A DNA stretch of 64,000 nucleotides from Acetobacteraceae bacterium (GTDB lineage: Bacteria > Pseudomonadota > Alphaproteobacteria > Acetobacterales > Acetobacteraceae). This document shows positions 27,735 through 36,634 of the stretch, piece by piece. Every line of letters starts with the position of its first letter. The stretch's first letter is position 1. The DNA lies in the NCBI GenBank assembly GCA_031546815.1, contig JAVBJV010000006.1, positions 40,328-104,327 of the forward strand, in the 5' to 3' direction. A program made the translations under genes and the position numbers. The notes below the pieces were generated by a model that ran no database searches, was not told the DNA's origin, and saw nothing but the letters and a program-made list of their open reading frames with translations.

Positions 27735-28513
27735 CAGCGCGGCCCCTCGCCAATTGCGGGCAGACGATCCGTCATCCCCGCCAGAACTTCCGCAACGTGA
27801 CGCACCTTTACGGTGCTGCCCTCGCGCTGCAGGCGGCCCGCCATGTTGAGCAGGCAGCCCATGTCGCCCGCCAGTAATGTATCGGCGCCGGTTGCGGTGA
27901 TGTCCGCCGCCTTGGCGGTGACCATCTGCACCGAGATCTCGGGGTATTTCACGCAGAACGTGCCGCCGAACCCACAGCAGCGTTCGGGGTCGGACATTTC
28001 AGTCAGCGTGACGCCCTCCATCTGCTTCAGCAGGGCGCGGGGCTGTTCCTTCACGCCCATCTCGCGCAGACCGGAGCACGAGTCATGATAAGTGACCTTG
28101 CCGGTATAGCTGGCGTCCACGCGCTCCACCTTCATCACGTCGCGCAGGAACGAGACGAGTTCGTGGCTCTTCGCGGCCAGCGCATCGGCGCGGGTCTTGT
28201 AGTCCGGGTCGTCGTCGAACAGGCCGGGGTAGTGATGCGCGAGCATCCCCGCACACGACCCGGACGGCGCGACCACGTAGTCGTAACCCGCAAAGGCATC
28301 AACCACATTGCGCGCCAGATCGCGCGCTGTGGCACGGTCGCCGGTGTTATAGGCGGGCTGGCCGCAGCAGGTCTGTGCCTGCGGCACTTCCACCAGACAG
28401 CCTGCCTGCTCCAGCAACTGGATGGCGGCGAACCCGACCGTCGGGCGGTGCAGATCCACCAGACAGGTCACAAACAGCGCAACACGCGGTCGCGAGGAGG
28501 AGGACGTTGACAT
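27734..28513 (-). CDS. lutA: Lactate utilization protein A ((Fe-S)-binding, CCG-domain oxidoreductase)
   Basis: 259 aa. Duplicated Cys-rich CCG motifs (…TCCGQP…, …CCGFGG…). Confidence 0.9.
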   Translation of the reverse strand: MSTSSSSRPRVALFVTCLVDLHRPTVGFAAIQLLEQAGCLVEVPQAQTCCGQPAYNTGDRATARDLARNVVDAFAGYDYVVAPSGSCAGMLAHHYPGLFDDDPDYKTRADALAAKSHELVSFLRDVMKVERVDASYTGKVTYHDSCSGLREMGVKEQPRALLKQMEGVTLTEMSDPERCCGFGGTFCVKYPEISVQMVTAKAADITATGADTLLAGDMGCLLNMAGRLQREGSTVKVRHVAEVLAGMTDRLPAIGEGPR

Positions 28514-28606
28514 GGCGGGCAGTCTAGAGGGTTTTCACCATCTGTGAATATACGGCTTTTTATGACCTTGGGCCTAGGTGTTCAGGATGTATCGACAATC
28601 AGTTCA

Positions 28607-28700
28607 GGCCGAGCCGAAAATGGTGCGGATCGAGAACCGGCGCGCAGCGGACGCTTGTCCGTGAGCACCGGAAGCGCAGAGCCGTGCCATTTTGCTGGCC
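28607..28700. repeat. 94-nt long imperfect inverted repeat (rod-like hairpin) in the mltA-lutA spacer
   Basis: The outer arms are GGCCGAGCCGAAAATGGTGCGG and CCGTGCCATTTTGCTGGCC. Inner pairings are CCGG/CCGG and GCGGAC-gctt-GTCCGT. I recognise no known ncRNA family. Confidence 0.5.
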
Positions 28701-28725
28701 GGTATGGACTGATTGGCGATGCGCT

Positions 28726-29907
28726 CTACCCCGCCCGCGGTACCAGCACCGTGATACTGCCTTGGTTGCGCATGCGTCCAGCACGCGTCGCCGCATCGTT
28801 GCCCCAGCCGTAGAAGATGTCGCCGCGCACAACGCCGCGAATGGCGGACCCGGTGTCCTGCGCCTGTAACACACGCTGCCATGGCGCGCCGTCGATCGGG
28901 TCGGTGGTGGCGACGAACACCGGCACGCCCAGCGGCATGTAGCCTTTATCCACCGCCAGCGACCGCCCCGGCGTCAGCGGCACGCCCAATGCGCCCAGCG
29001 CGCCAAGGTTTTCAGCCAGATCCGACATCTCGCGGAAGAATATGAAGGTCGGGTTTTCCAGCATCAGCGCGCGCCCCTGTTCGGGGTGGCGTTCAAGCCA
29101 CGCGCGGATGGTCTGCATGCTGATCTCGGCACGCGGGATCTCGCCGCGCTCGATCAGCATGCGGCCAATCGCCACATAGGGCCTGCCGTTCGACCCCGCA
29201 TACCCAACCCGCACCACCGAACCATCGTCCAGACGCACCCGGCCCGAACCCTGGATCTGCAGCATGAACGCTTCGGGCGCCGAGGACACATACAGCAGTT
29301 CCAGATTCTGCCCACGCAACGCCCCGTCCTCGATCTCGCGCCGGGTCGGGTATGGGGTCAGCCGCCCATTCCTGTCCACACGACCGGCGCTCAGCGCACG
29401 GCCTGCCTCGTCAGTCAGGGTGCCGGGCGCGGCCGCTTGCAGATTGGCCGGGCGACGATAGAGCGGGAACGGATACGCTGCCGATTGCCGACGCGCCCCG
29501 CGTAATTCAGGCTCGAAATATCCGGTCAGCAGGCCGGTCTGCTGCGTGCCCGCTGTCAGGCGGATCGGGGTGAAATACTGTTCGTAGAATGCCCGCGCCG
29601 CTGCGTGGTTCCCGGCAGGCAGCGCCTTGGCCGCCGCGCACAAATCGCGCCACTGTCCGGCGGTTCCAGCGGCACGCATGACGGGCGAATCCCCCTCGCC
29701 CAGCCGCGTGCCCTCGGGCATTTGCGCCAGCCGGTCACAGGTGACGAGCAGGGCGGGAATCGACTCGGCGTGCCGGTCCGCAGACCAGCCCGGCATGTCG
29801 GTGAAACGTGTCTGGATATAAACCGGCGCTTCCGCCCCTGGCGATGTCTGGGTCGGCCGGCACGCCGACAGACCCAACACCGCACACAGGACAAGCAGAA
29901 CGCGCAT
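28726..29907 (-). CDS. mltA: Murein transglycosylase A (lipoprotein)
   Basis: The internal ATG at 29907 gives MRVLLVLCAVLGLSAC (lipobox). MltA and 3D domains are present (…QDTGSAIRGVVRGDIFYGWG…). There is a 1-nt overlap with the upstream stop. Confidence 0.85.
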   Translation of the reverse strand: MRVLLVLCAVLGLSACRPTQTSPGAEAPVYIQTRFTDMPGWSADRHAESIPALLVTCDRLAQMPEGTRLGEGDSPVMRAAGTAGQWRDLCAAAKALPAGNHAAARAFYEQYFTPIRLTAGTQQTGLLTGYFEPELRGARRQSAAYPFPLYRRPANLQAAAPGTLTDEAGRALSAGRVDRNGRLTPYPTRREIEDGALRGQNLELLYVSSAPEAFMLQIQGSGRVRLDDGSVVRVGYAGSNGRPYVAIGRMLIERGEIPRAEISMQTIRAWLERHPEQGRALMLENPTFIFFREMSDLAENLGALGALGVPLTPGRSLAVDKGYMPLGVPVFVATTDPIDGAPWQRVLQAQDTGSAIRGVVRGDIFYGWGNDAATRAGRMRNQGSITVLVPRAG

Positions 29908-30566
29908 TACTGGTCGGTCGAAGTGGCCACCAGCCGCCATGTCGGGTCGTCCTTCAGCGCCAGATCGCGCTGGAACGTCCACACATCGGCGATTTCCGTC
30001 ACCGCGTCGGTGCCCTCGACCACCGAACCGTTCGCGGCCGTCGTCACGTTCACCTGATCGGACACGAAGCGCACCGTGATGTCGGCAACCGTGCCGCGCA
30101 GATCCGCCGCCACGATATCGGCATCGCGAATACCGCGAATCTCGAACTGCTGGACGTGCCCGGCTTCCTCGCGCGCTGTGATGGCGCTGTCGAACCCGGG
30201 ATAGACCTCGTCCCCCAGCAGCTTGCGCAGCGTGGCGCGGTCGCCCCGCGCGAAGGCCGAGACGATCATCGGGAAGGCCGTTTCCGCGCCGCTCAGGAAG
30301 CGTGCAGGGGTTACCGTGCGGTCCACTGCCTCGATCCGCGCCAGAGTCTGACCCAGGGTAGTGGTCGCGTCGGGCAGATTGCGGGTCGGGTTAACCGGGG
30401 GGACGGGGTTGTCGGCCTCGATCTCCGGGCGGGCTTCAGGGGTGGCTTGTGGTGGACGCTCGAACCCGGTGCGACGCCCCAGAATGCTGCGCAGACGCAG
30501 CACAAGAAAGGCCGCAACCATTCCAAACAGAATAAGCTCGAGCGGGATGCCCCCGGAACTGCCCAT
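29907..30566 (-). CDS. Tim44-like domain-containing protein
   Basis: 219 aa. N-terminal TM followed by a Tim44-like C-terminal domain. This is the classic alphaproteobacterial neighbour of secB. Confidence 0.85.
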   Translation of the reverse strand: MGSSGGIPLELILFGMVAAFLVLRLRSILGRRTGFERPPQATPEARPEIEADNPVPPVNPTRNLPDATTTLGQTLARIEAVDRTVTPARFLSGAETAFPMIVSAFARGDRATLRKLLGDEVYPGFDSAITAREEAGHVQQFEIRGIRDADIVAADLRGTVADITVRFVSDQVNVTTAANGSVVEGTDAVTEIADVWTFQRDLALKDDPTWRLVATSTDQ

Positions 30567-30666
30567 GAAAATCTCCTAATCCTTCCTCCAGACATAAGCA
30601 TCCGCCTGGATCGGCGCAACCTTACACCGGCTTCCATATAAGCAGGAAACGATCTACCTCTGCCGA

Positions 30667-31251
30667 ATGTTTTTACTGCGGCACGGCCAAAGCGAATTCA
30701 ACCTGCACTTCACCACCACCCGGCGAGACCCCGGGATCGTCGATCCGCGCCTGACGGACGAGGGCCACGCCCAGGCCCGCGCCGCCGGAGAGGCCCTGCG
30801 CGGGCAAGGGATACGGCGGATCATCACCTCGCCCTATACTCGCGCACTGGAAACCGCAGTCGGGGTAAATGCGGCGCTGGGGGCCGAGATCCTGATCAAC
30901 CCGATTGTGCGGGAACGTTATGCGTTCAAATGCGACATCGGCACCCCACGGACCGAACTGGTGCGCGACTGGCCGCACATCGATTTCAGCCATATCGACG
31001 AGGTCTGGTGGCCCGATATCAACGAACCCGAACCGCAGGTCGAGGCCCGGGCCGCGCTGTTCCGCGCCGAAATGGCAGCACTTGGCGGTTGGGCTGCGGA
31101 AACGCTGGTAGTCTCGCACTGGGGGTTCCTGCTGGCGCTGACCGGCGAGACCATGGCCAACGGCAGCTGGCGTGCCTTCGACCCGACCGCCCCCGCCCCC
31201 ACCGATCTGTCCTGGCCGAAGCTGGAGAGCGTTCGCCGCTCCCCGTCATAA
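30667..31251 (+). CDS. Histidine phosphatase (phosphoglycerate mutase) family protein
   Basis: MFLLRHGQSEFN (RHG motif) and ...VVSHWGFL (second His motif). Confidence 0.85.
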   Translation: MFLLRHGQSEFNLHFTTTRRDPGIVDPRLTDEGHAQARAAGEALRGQGIRRIITSPYTRALETAVGVNAALGAEILINPIVRERYAFKCDIGTPRTELVRDWPHIDFSHIDEVWWPDINEPEPQVEARAALFRAEMAALGGWAAETLVVSHWGFLLALTGETMANGSWRAFDPTAPAPTDLSWPKLESVRRSPS

Positions 31252-31331
31252 TCCCCGGACCGATCCTAGAGGCTCTGGCATCAGCCGCGTCTTCATGCTA
31301 CCCGCCGCACAATTCTCAGGAGCCTTCCCCC

Positions 31332-31817
31332 ATGTCCGATACGAACGAACTGCCCCAGAACGAACAGGCCCAGATGCCGCCGCTGGTTGTTAATCTGCAG
31401 TACATCAAGGATCTGTCCTTTGAAGTGCCCGGTGGGCCGGAAGCGTTTCTGGCACTGAAGGACAAGCAGCCGCAGATCCAGATCGACCTGGACGTGCAGG
31501 CCCGCCGCCTGCCGGACAACAACGTCTACGAAGTGGGTCTGGCCGTTCGCGTTGAAGCGAAGTCGGAAACCACCGTCGTGTGCATCGCCGAGCTGGTCTA
31601 TTGCGGCATCTTCACGCTGACCGGGATTCCCGAAAACTCGATCGAGCCGGTGCTGCTGGTCGAATGCCCGCGTCTGCTGTTCCCGTTCGCGCGCAACATC
31701 ATCGCCGACATCACCCGCGAAGGCGGCTTCCCGCCCGTCATGCTGCAGCCGATCGACTTCCTGACCCTGTGGCAGTCGCGCCGCGCACAGCAGGCTCCGG
31801 TCGCTGGAAACGCTTAA
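31332..31817 (+). CDS. secB: Protein-export chaperone SecB
   Basis: ATG at 31332 with CAGGAG upstream. LVVNLQYIKDLSFE...FPFARNIIADITREGGFPPVMLQPIDF is typical of SecB. The longer track ORF (from 30930) overlaps the previous gene. Confidence 0.9.
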   Translation: MSDTNELPQNEQAQMPPLVVNLQYIKDLSFEVPGGPEAFLALKDKQPQIQIDLDVQARRLPDNNVYEVGLAVRVEAKSETTVVCIAELVYCGIFTLTGIPENSIEPVLLVECPRLLFPFARNIIADITREGGFPPVMLQPIDFLTLWQSRRAQQAPVAGNA

Positions 31818-31840
31818 GGTTATTCGATACTGCGACAAAC

Positions 31841-31872
31841 AAAACGCCGGGCATCTTGTCCGGCGTTTTGCA
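31841..31872. terminator. Bidirectional terminator between secB and dnaQ
   Basis: AAAACGCCGG-gcatcttgt-CCGGCGTTTTGCATTT. A/T tracts flank both sides, between convergent genes. Confidence 0.7.
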
Positions 31873-31874
31873 TT

Positions 31875-32567
31875 TCAGGCGTCGGGTTTGGTCAGGGTGG
31901 GCCAGACCGGATCCTTGACCCGTCCCAGGAATTTTTCGTGCGTGGCGCGTTCTTCGGGGTGGATCACGACACGATGCGCTGCGCGGTTTTCGACCTTCGC
32001 GTAATGCACACCCATCGAAACGCCGGCCTCGGCCGGCAGTTCCAGCCCGCGCTGACGGCCGCCGGTCAATTCCACATACACCTGCGACAACAGCTTGCAG
32101 TCGAGCAGCGCGTTATGCGAGGTGCGCTCGCTCAGATCGATGTCAAAGCGGCGGCACAGTGCATCCAGATTGTTCGGCATGCCGGGGAAACGCTTGCGCG
32201 CCAGCACCAGTGTATCGACCATGCGCGCCTCATCCAGCAACGGGCGCTTGGCCAGACGCAGTTCGTTGTTCACGTGCATGAAGTCGAACGACGCATTATG
32301 CGCAACCATCGGGTCGTCGCCGATGAAGGCCAGGAATTCGTCCACCACATCGGCGAAACGCGGCTTCCCTTCCACGTTGTGGTTGCGGATGTTGTGAATG
32401 CGCGCGGCGTCTTCGGGAATGTCGCGATCGGGGTTGAGCAGGCAGTAAAAACTCTTCCCCGTCGGCAGGTCGTTCCACAGTTCCAGCGCGGCGATTTCGA
32501 TCACGCGGTGGCCCTGGGTGATCTCGATCCCCGTGGTCTCGGTGTCGAACAGGACGGCACGGGTCAT
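31875..32567 (-). CDS. dnaQ: DNA polymerase III subunit epsilon (3'-5' exonuclease)
   Basis: The ATG at 32567 (ATGA overlap with the coaE stop) gives MTRAVLFDTETTGIE (Exo I). Also present: HNASFDFMH (Exo II) and HNALLDCKLL (Exo III). Confidence 0.9.
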   Translation of the reverse strand: MTRAVLFDTETTGIEITQGHRVIEIAALELWNDLPTGKSFYCLLNPDRDIPEDAARIHNIRNHNVEGKPRFADVVDEFLAFIGDDPMVAHNASFDFMHVNNELRLAKRPLLDEARMVDTLVLARKRFPGMPNNLDALCRRFDIDLSERTSHNALLDCKLLSQVYVELTGGRQRGLELPAEAGVSMGVHYAKVENRAAHRVVIHPEERATHEKFLGRVKDPVWPTLTKPDA

Positions 32568-33151
32568 GGGGTCAGCTCCGAGAGAAAGCGGCGAATGCGC
32601 GCCTGCAGGTAATGCCGCGACAGGCCGTTGCGCAGCCACAGATCCGCGTGCTTCCGGCGGTCGCCATCGCGCATCTGCCGCGCACGAATAGCCGACAGAC
32701 GCTCTTCTGTCATGCCCGGGCGACGCAACACCCGCAGCGCCTGTAGCGCGGGTGGTACGTTGAGCACGATCACCGCATCCATGTCGCGCTGTCGCTTGCT
32801 CTCCAGCAGCAGCGGAATGTCGAATACCACCACGCGCTTGCCGTTCTTGCGGGCACGGGCGACGAAGTCGGCCTCGGCGTGGCGCACCAACGGGTGGACG
32901 ATGGCTTCCAGCACCTTCAGCGCCGCCGGATGGCCCAGTACGTGCTGACGCAATACCGCACGATCCACCGCACCGTCGCGGGTGGAGCCGGGGAAAGCGG
33001 CTTCAATCGGCACAACGGCCGCGCCGCCTTTGCCTTGCAGCACGTGCACCGCCGCATCGGCATCGAACACCGGAATACCCAGCCGCCGGAACACCGCCGT
33101 CGTGGTGGATTTGCCGGTACCGATCCCACCAGTCAGGCCGATGCGCTTCAT
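32564..33151 (-). CDS. coaE: Dephospho-CoA kinase
   Basis: MKRIGLTGGIGTGKST P-loop, 195 aa. ATGA overlap with the aroE stop. Confidence 0.9.
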   Translation of the reverse strand: MKRIGLTGGIGTGKSTTTAVFRRLGIPVFDADAAVHVLQGKGGAAVVPIEAAFPGSTRDGAVDRAVLRQHVLGHPAALKVLEAIVHPLVRHAEADFVARARKNGKRVVVFDIPLLLESKRQRDMDAVIVLNVPPALQALRVLRRPGMTEERLSAIRARQMRDGDRRKHADLWLRNGLSRHYLQARIRRFLSELTP

Positions 33152-33987
33152 GTGCGGGGAACATCTGCCGCGACGAAATCGTGCAGCGCGTCATCAACGG
33201 TGGGGTCCACACCGAACCACGCGCGGAAGCCGGGCCGCGCCTGATGCAGCAGCATCCCCAGCCCCGGCACCACACGCAGGCCATGTGCGCGCGCCGCCGT
33301 CAGCAGCGGTGTTTCCAGCGGCACGTAGACAATATCAGCTACCGCCATTCCTGCGGGCGCGCGCGCCAGATCCAGCGCCAGCGTGCCGTGCCCGGCCATC
33401 CCCAGCGATGTCGTCTGCACCACCAGCGCATGGTCACGCAGCGCCGCGTCGCGCTGTTCCCACGCCAGTGTCTTCAGACCCGGCAGATCGCGCGCCAGAG
33501 CCTCGGCCCGTTCGGGTGTGCGATTGGCGACCGAGACCGCCACACCCTCCGCCAGCAACGCCGCCGCAATGGCGCGTGCCGCACCGCCCGCGCCCAGCAG
33601 CAGAGCGGGACCGGCTTTCGGGTCCACCGCATGCGCGCGCAGATTGGCGACGAACCCCCAGCCATCGGTGTTCGACCCGGTAATCTTTCCATCCGCAAAC
33701 ACCAGCGTGTTCACCGCACCCGCGCGACGTGCACTGTCGTCCACCGTGTCGCACACGGCGAACGCGGCTTCCTTGTGCGGAATGGTGACGTTGGCGCCTG
33801 CAAACCCGGCATACATCAACCCGCGCACAGCTTCGGTAAAATGCGTCGGTTCAACCGGCAGCGGCAGATAGGCTGCATCCAGCCCGTAACGTTCGATCCA
33901 GTGGCCATGCAGTCGCGGCGATCGCGAATGCGCAACGGGCCATCCGATCACCCCGGCCAGACGCGCGTGTCCTGTTAAAATCTGCAT
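33148..33987 (-). CDS. aroE: Shikimate dehydrogenase
   Basis: The ATG at 33987 gives ...LAGVIGWPVAHSRSPRLHG.W. Also NVTIPHK and GAGGAARA (NADP site). Confidence 0.9.
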   Translation of the reverse strand: MQILTGHARLAGVIGWPVAHSRSPRLHGHWIERYGLDAAYLPLPVEPTHFTEAVRGLMYAGFAGANVTIPHKEAAFAVCDTVDDSARRAGAVNTLVFADGKITGSNTDGWGFVANLRAHAVDPKAGPALLLGAGGAARAIAAALLAEGVAVSVANRTPERAEALARDLPGLKTLAWEQRDAALRDHALVVQTTSLGMAGHGTLALDLARAPAGMAVADIVYVPLETPLLTAARAHGLRVVPGLGMLLHQARPGFRAWFGVDPTVDDALHDFVAADVPRT

Positions 33988-34074
33988 CCCCCGAGCATGT
34001 GCGATTCTTGTAAAAATGCAACCTTCCCAAACCATCCGCCCCACTTATAACATTGATGCGAAAGGCAGGGCCGA

Positions 34075-34593
34075 ATGAGCTACGTCACCGACATGAAATC
34101 CAGGCTTCCCGTAACAATGTCGTTGCCGGCAGAGTTCGAGGCCCTTTTCACCTGGATCGAGGCCAATGGCTTCTTCATACAAAGCACCCGTTTCCCCGGT
34201 GATCGTCTGGGAATGCTTGGCCCCGCAGAGCCGCCTTACCACGGCACCGTCATCATGTTCCGCGTCGAGACGCCCGAACAGGCGCAAGATACAGGGACGA
34301 GCTGGTGTGGGTGCGATGTGTCGGACATTTCCGATCGTCTGGTGACGTTTGCACGCACGGGTGGCGATGGGTCCCACGTCGCGTTCTGGATCGACGATCA
34401 GGGAAAGCAGCAGATCGTGCATCTCGGGTCGGAAGGGGCGTTTGGTATCCTGACCTCAACGCCGCTCGATTTTCTGCGCCTGTTGAGCATCGGCTACGAA
34501 GAGATCAGCGGCGATTGTCAGGAAGCACCCGACGCTCCCCCGAACAGCCTCACTTTTCTGGGGCTGCACCGGACCGTCATCAACGCGGCCTAA
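34075..34593 (+). CDS. SMI1/KNR4 (SUKH-superfamily)-like protein, possibly frameshifted at its 3' end
   Basis: 172 aa. LPAEFEALFTWIEANG..., ...TGGDGSHVAFWIDDQGKQQIVHLGSEG..., ...PLDFLRLLSIGYEE resemble SUKH-type proteins. A family-like C-terminal segment continues in the +1 frame (34595-34738). Confidence 0.5.
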   Translation: MSYVTDMKSRLPVTMSLPAEFEALFTWIEANGFFIQSTRFPGDRLGMLGPAEPPYHGTVIMFRVETPEQAQDTGTSWCGCDVSDISDRLVTFARTGGDGSHVAFWIDDQGKQQIVHLGSEGAFGILTSTPLDFLRLLSIGYEEISGDCQEAPDAPPNSLTFLGLHRTVINAA

Positions 34594-34714
34594 CCAGTCC
34601 TGGTTGACTGAACGCTACGGCGTGACGATCCCGCGCACAGCATCCGAAGTCATGCATGATTTATCCCGTCCGGATGCTTTCCACACATGGATGGAGCAGC
34701 TTAACGGCTGCCCC

Positions 34715-35926
34715 TTACTCGGCTGCAACCGCCGCCCATAATTCCGGTTGCAGTTCCTCGCGCCGATCGGGGAAGAACACCGCGCAGAGCAGCGTCACCA
34801 CCGACGCACCCGCCAGCACCATCAGCACCACCGCCAGCGACCCCGTGCTGGTGTGCAGATAACCCACCACCGGCGCCGCCGCAGCCGCGCCCAGAAAGCC
34901 CACAAAAAAGCGGATCGAGTAGATCTTCGTGCGCAGCGCCGGGCTGATGTAACGCGCGGCCATCGTCTCGCTGAGAGTCACCTGCCCGAACACGCAGGCC
35001 GCCGTCAGCCCCGCCAGTGCCAGCGCGGCAAAGCCCTGCACGAAGGCCAGCATCAGCATGGTCGGCACCAGCACTATCGTGAGCGGCAGGAAAATGCGCT
35101 TCAGCGTGGTGCGGTCGATCATCCGCCCGACGCTGAACTGTGCCACCGCGCCGCACAGCGTGGCGGCAAAGGCCAGCACGCCGACCAGCGGCAGCAGATC
35201 GGGCGATTCCGCCAGACGTTCCTGCATCAGCTTCGGAATCAGGATGGTGAACGCATTGAACACGAAGCCCGACACCACCGCGATGACCATCAGCACAATC
35301 AGCGCGCGCTTCACCAGAAATTTCGGAATATCAGGGAACGCACGCGCACGTGCGGCAGCGCCATGCGCGTCGAACGCTGGTTCGCGCGCATACAGAACGC
35401 CGCCCAGCATGCACAGCACGCCCGGCACGATGAACGCCGCCTGCCAGCCGAATGTCTGGCACAGAAACGCCGTCGCCACCGGGGCCGATGCAACGCCGAT
35501 ATTCCCGAACACGCCGTTCACGCCGATCGAACGACCCGGCTTGTCGCCCGCCGCTTCCACCAGCATGGCGGTGCCGATCGGGTGATAGATCGCCGCGAAC
35601 AATCCGGTTGCCGACAGCGCCAGCATCAGCGTCAGCGGGCCGGACGCAAACCCCGTCGCCACCATCGACAGCCCCGCGCCCATGAAGAACGCCACCAGCA
35701 ACGCCTTGCGCCCCAGCCGCACGGCAAGCCACCCCTGCGGCAGCGAGAACAGGCCGTAACAGACGAACATCCCCGTCGCCAGCGCGAGAATCGGGCCGTA
35801 TGACTCGCCGAACATTCCCCCCGGCTGCGCCATGGCCAGCACGGCGGTGGGCAGGATCAGCAGGCAGTAATGGGTGAAATAATGCGCGGCATTGATCAGC
35901 CTGATCTGACGCGTGGCGGCATCCAT
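34715..35926 (-). CDS. MFS transporter
   Basis: The ATG at 35926 is preceded by AGGAGAG. About 12 TM segments. The N-terminal 188 aa of track ORF 34715..36490 is antisense to the HAD gene and is rejected. Confidence 0.85.
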   Translation of the reverse strand: MDAATRQIRLINAAHYFTHYCLLILPTAVLAMAQPGGMFGESYGPILALATGMFVCYGLFSLPQGWLAVRLGRKALLVAFFMGAGLSMVATGFASGPLTLMLALSATGLFAAIYHPIGTAMLVEAAGDKPGRSIGVNGVFGNIGVASAPVATAFLCQTFGWQAAFIVPGVLCMLGGVLYAREPAFDAHGAAARARAFPDIPKFLVKRALIVLMVIAVVSGFVFNAFTILIPKLMQERLAESPDLLPLVGVLAFAATLCGAVAQFSVGRMIDRTTLKRIFLPLTIVLVPTMLMLAFVQGFAALALAGLTAACVFGQVTLSETMAARYISPALRTKIYSIRFFVGFLGAAAAAPVVGYLHTSTGSLAVVLMVLAGASVVTLLCAVFFPDRREELQPELWAAVAAE

Positions 35927-35998
35927 CCCGTTACTCTCCTGATTTGCGCAACGCGCCCGTAATGGTAGGAACATTCCTCCTCGAGGAAGGCGTGTCAA

Positions 35999-36634
35999 AT
36001 GAATCGCACAATGGTGGTTTTCGATCTGGACGGAACGCTGGTCGACAGCCTGCCCGACCTGCACGCAACGCTGAACCGCGTACTGCACAGCGACCTGTCG
36101 GTGGACGCCGTGCGCCGCATGATCGGCGATGGTGCCGCGGTTCTGGTGCGCCGCGCCCAGGTTGCTCTGGGCCGCCCGGAAGACCCGACCGATCTGGCCG
36201 CGTTCCTGGCCGATTACGAAGCCAATACCGCGCACGCCACCCGCCCGTACAACGGCATCACAGATCTGCTGAACACGCTGCAACAGCGCGGCACACGCAT
36301 GGCCGTCTGCACCAACAAGCCCGAGGCCGCCGCACGTGCGCTGCTGGCCGAGCTGAACCTCGCTGCCTATTTCAGCGCGGTTGGCGGCGGTGACAGTTTC
36401 CCCACCCGCAAACCCGACCCCGCCCATCTGCGCGCCACGATTACAGCCGCTGGCGGCGATCCCACCCACGCCGTGATGATCGGCGATCACGCGAACGACG
36501 TGAACGCCGGCAAAGGCGCAGGCATTCCGTGCATCTTCGCGGGCTGGGGCTATGGCACGCCGGACATGGCAACGGGCGCGACAGCCATTGCCGCTGCGCC
36601 CGCTGATGTTCTCGCGTTGCTGCCTACAGAATAA
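35999..36634 (+). CDS. gph: HAD-superfamily hydrolase, phosphoglycolate phosphatase-like
   Basis: [12 protein letters not shown] (motif I), CTNKP (motif II) and ...[16 protein letters not shown] (motif III/IV). Confidence 0.8.
   Translation: MNRTMVVFDLDGTLVDSLPDLHATLNRVLHSDLSVDAVRRMIGDGAAVLVRRAQVALGRPEDPTDLAAFLADYEANTAHATRPYNGITDLLNTLQQRGTRMAVCTNKPEAAARALLAELNLAAYFSAVGGGDSFPTRKPDPAHLRATITAAGGDPTHAVMIGDHANDVNAGKGAGIPCIFAGWGYGTPDMATGATAIAAAPADVLALLPTE

Noticed and set aside
28514-28606. A GntR/LldR-type operator upstream of lutA (TTGTCGATACAT on the minus strand).
   Set aside because: It is only a loose GT-N-AC resemblance, not a true palindrome, and no GntR-family regulator gene is nearby.
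28607-28700. The long hairpin considered as SRP (4.5S) RNA, 6S RNA, or a sigma-54 promoter, because the arms contain TGGCAC- and GGAA-containing segments.
   Set aside because: The segment CACC-GGAA-GCGCAGAGCC does not form the conserved SRP domain IV (closing pairs and the symmetric loop are missing). It is too short and lacks the central bubble of 6S RNA. The TGGCAC on the minus strand is preceded, not followed, by the GCAAAA element, so there is no -24/-12 arrangement.
34715-36490. A 591-aa minus-strand ORF taken as a single gene.
   Set aside because: The first 188 aa are antisense to the HAD/gph gene and non-hydrophobic. The MFS transporter starts at the ATG at 35926, which has a good Shine-Dalgarno sequence.
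36624-36634. Convergent 3'-end gene overlaps (gph/hslU 11 nt; MATE/YbaN 20 nt at 44298-44317) as possible regulatory antisense devices.
   Set aside because: Short convergent overlaps are common in compact high-GC genomes, and there is nothing else unusual at these junctions. Only the paralog pair at 18037-18040 is reported as a finding, because the two genes there are homologous.
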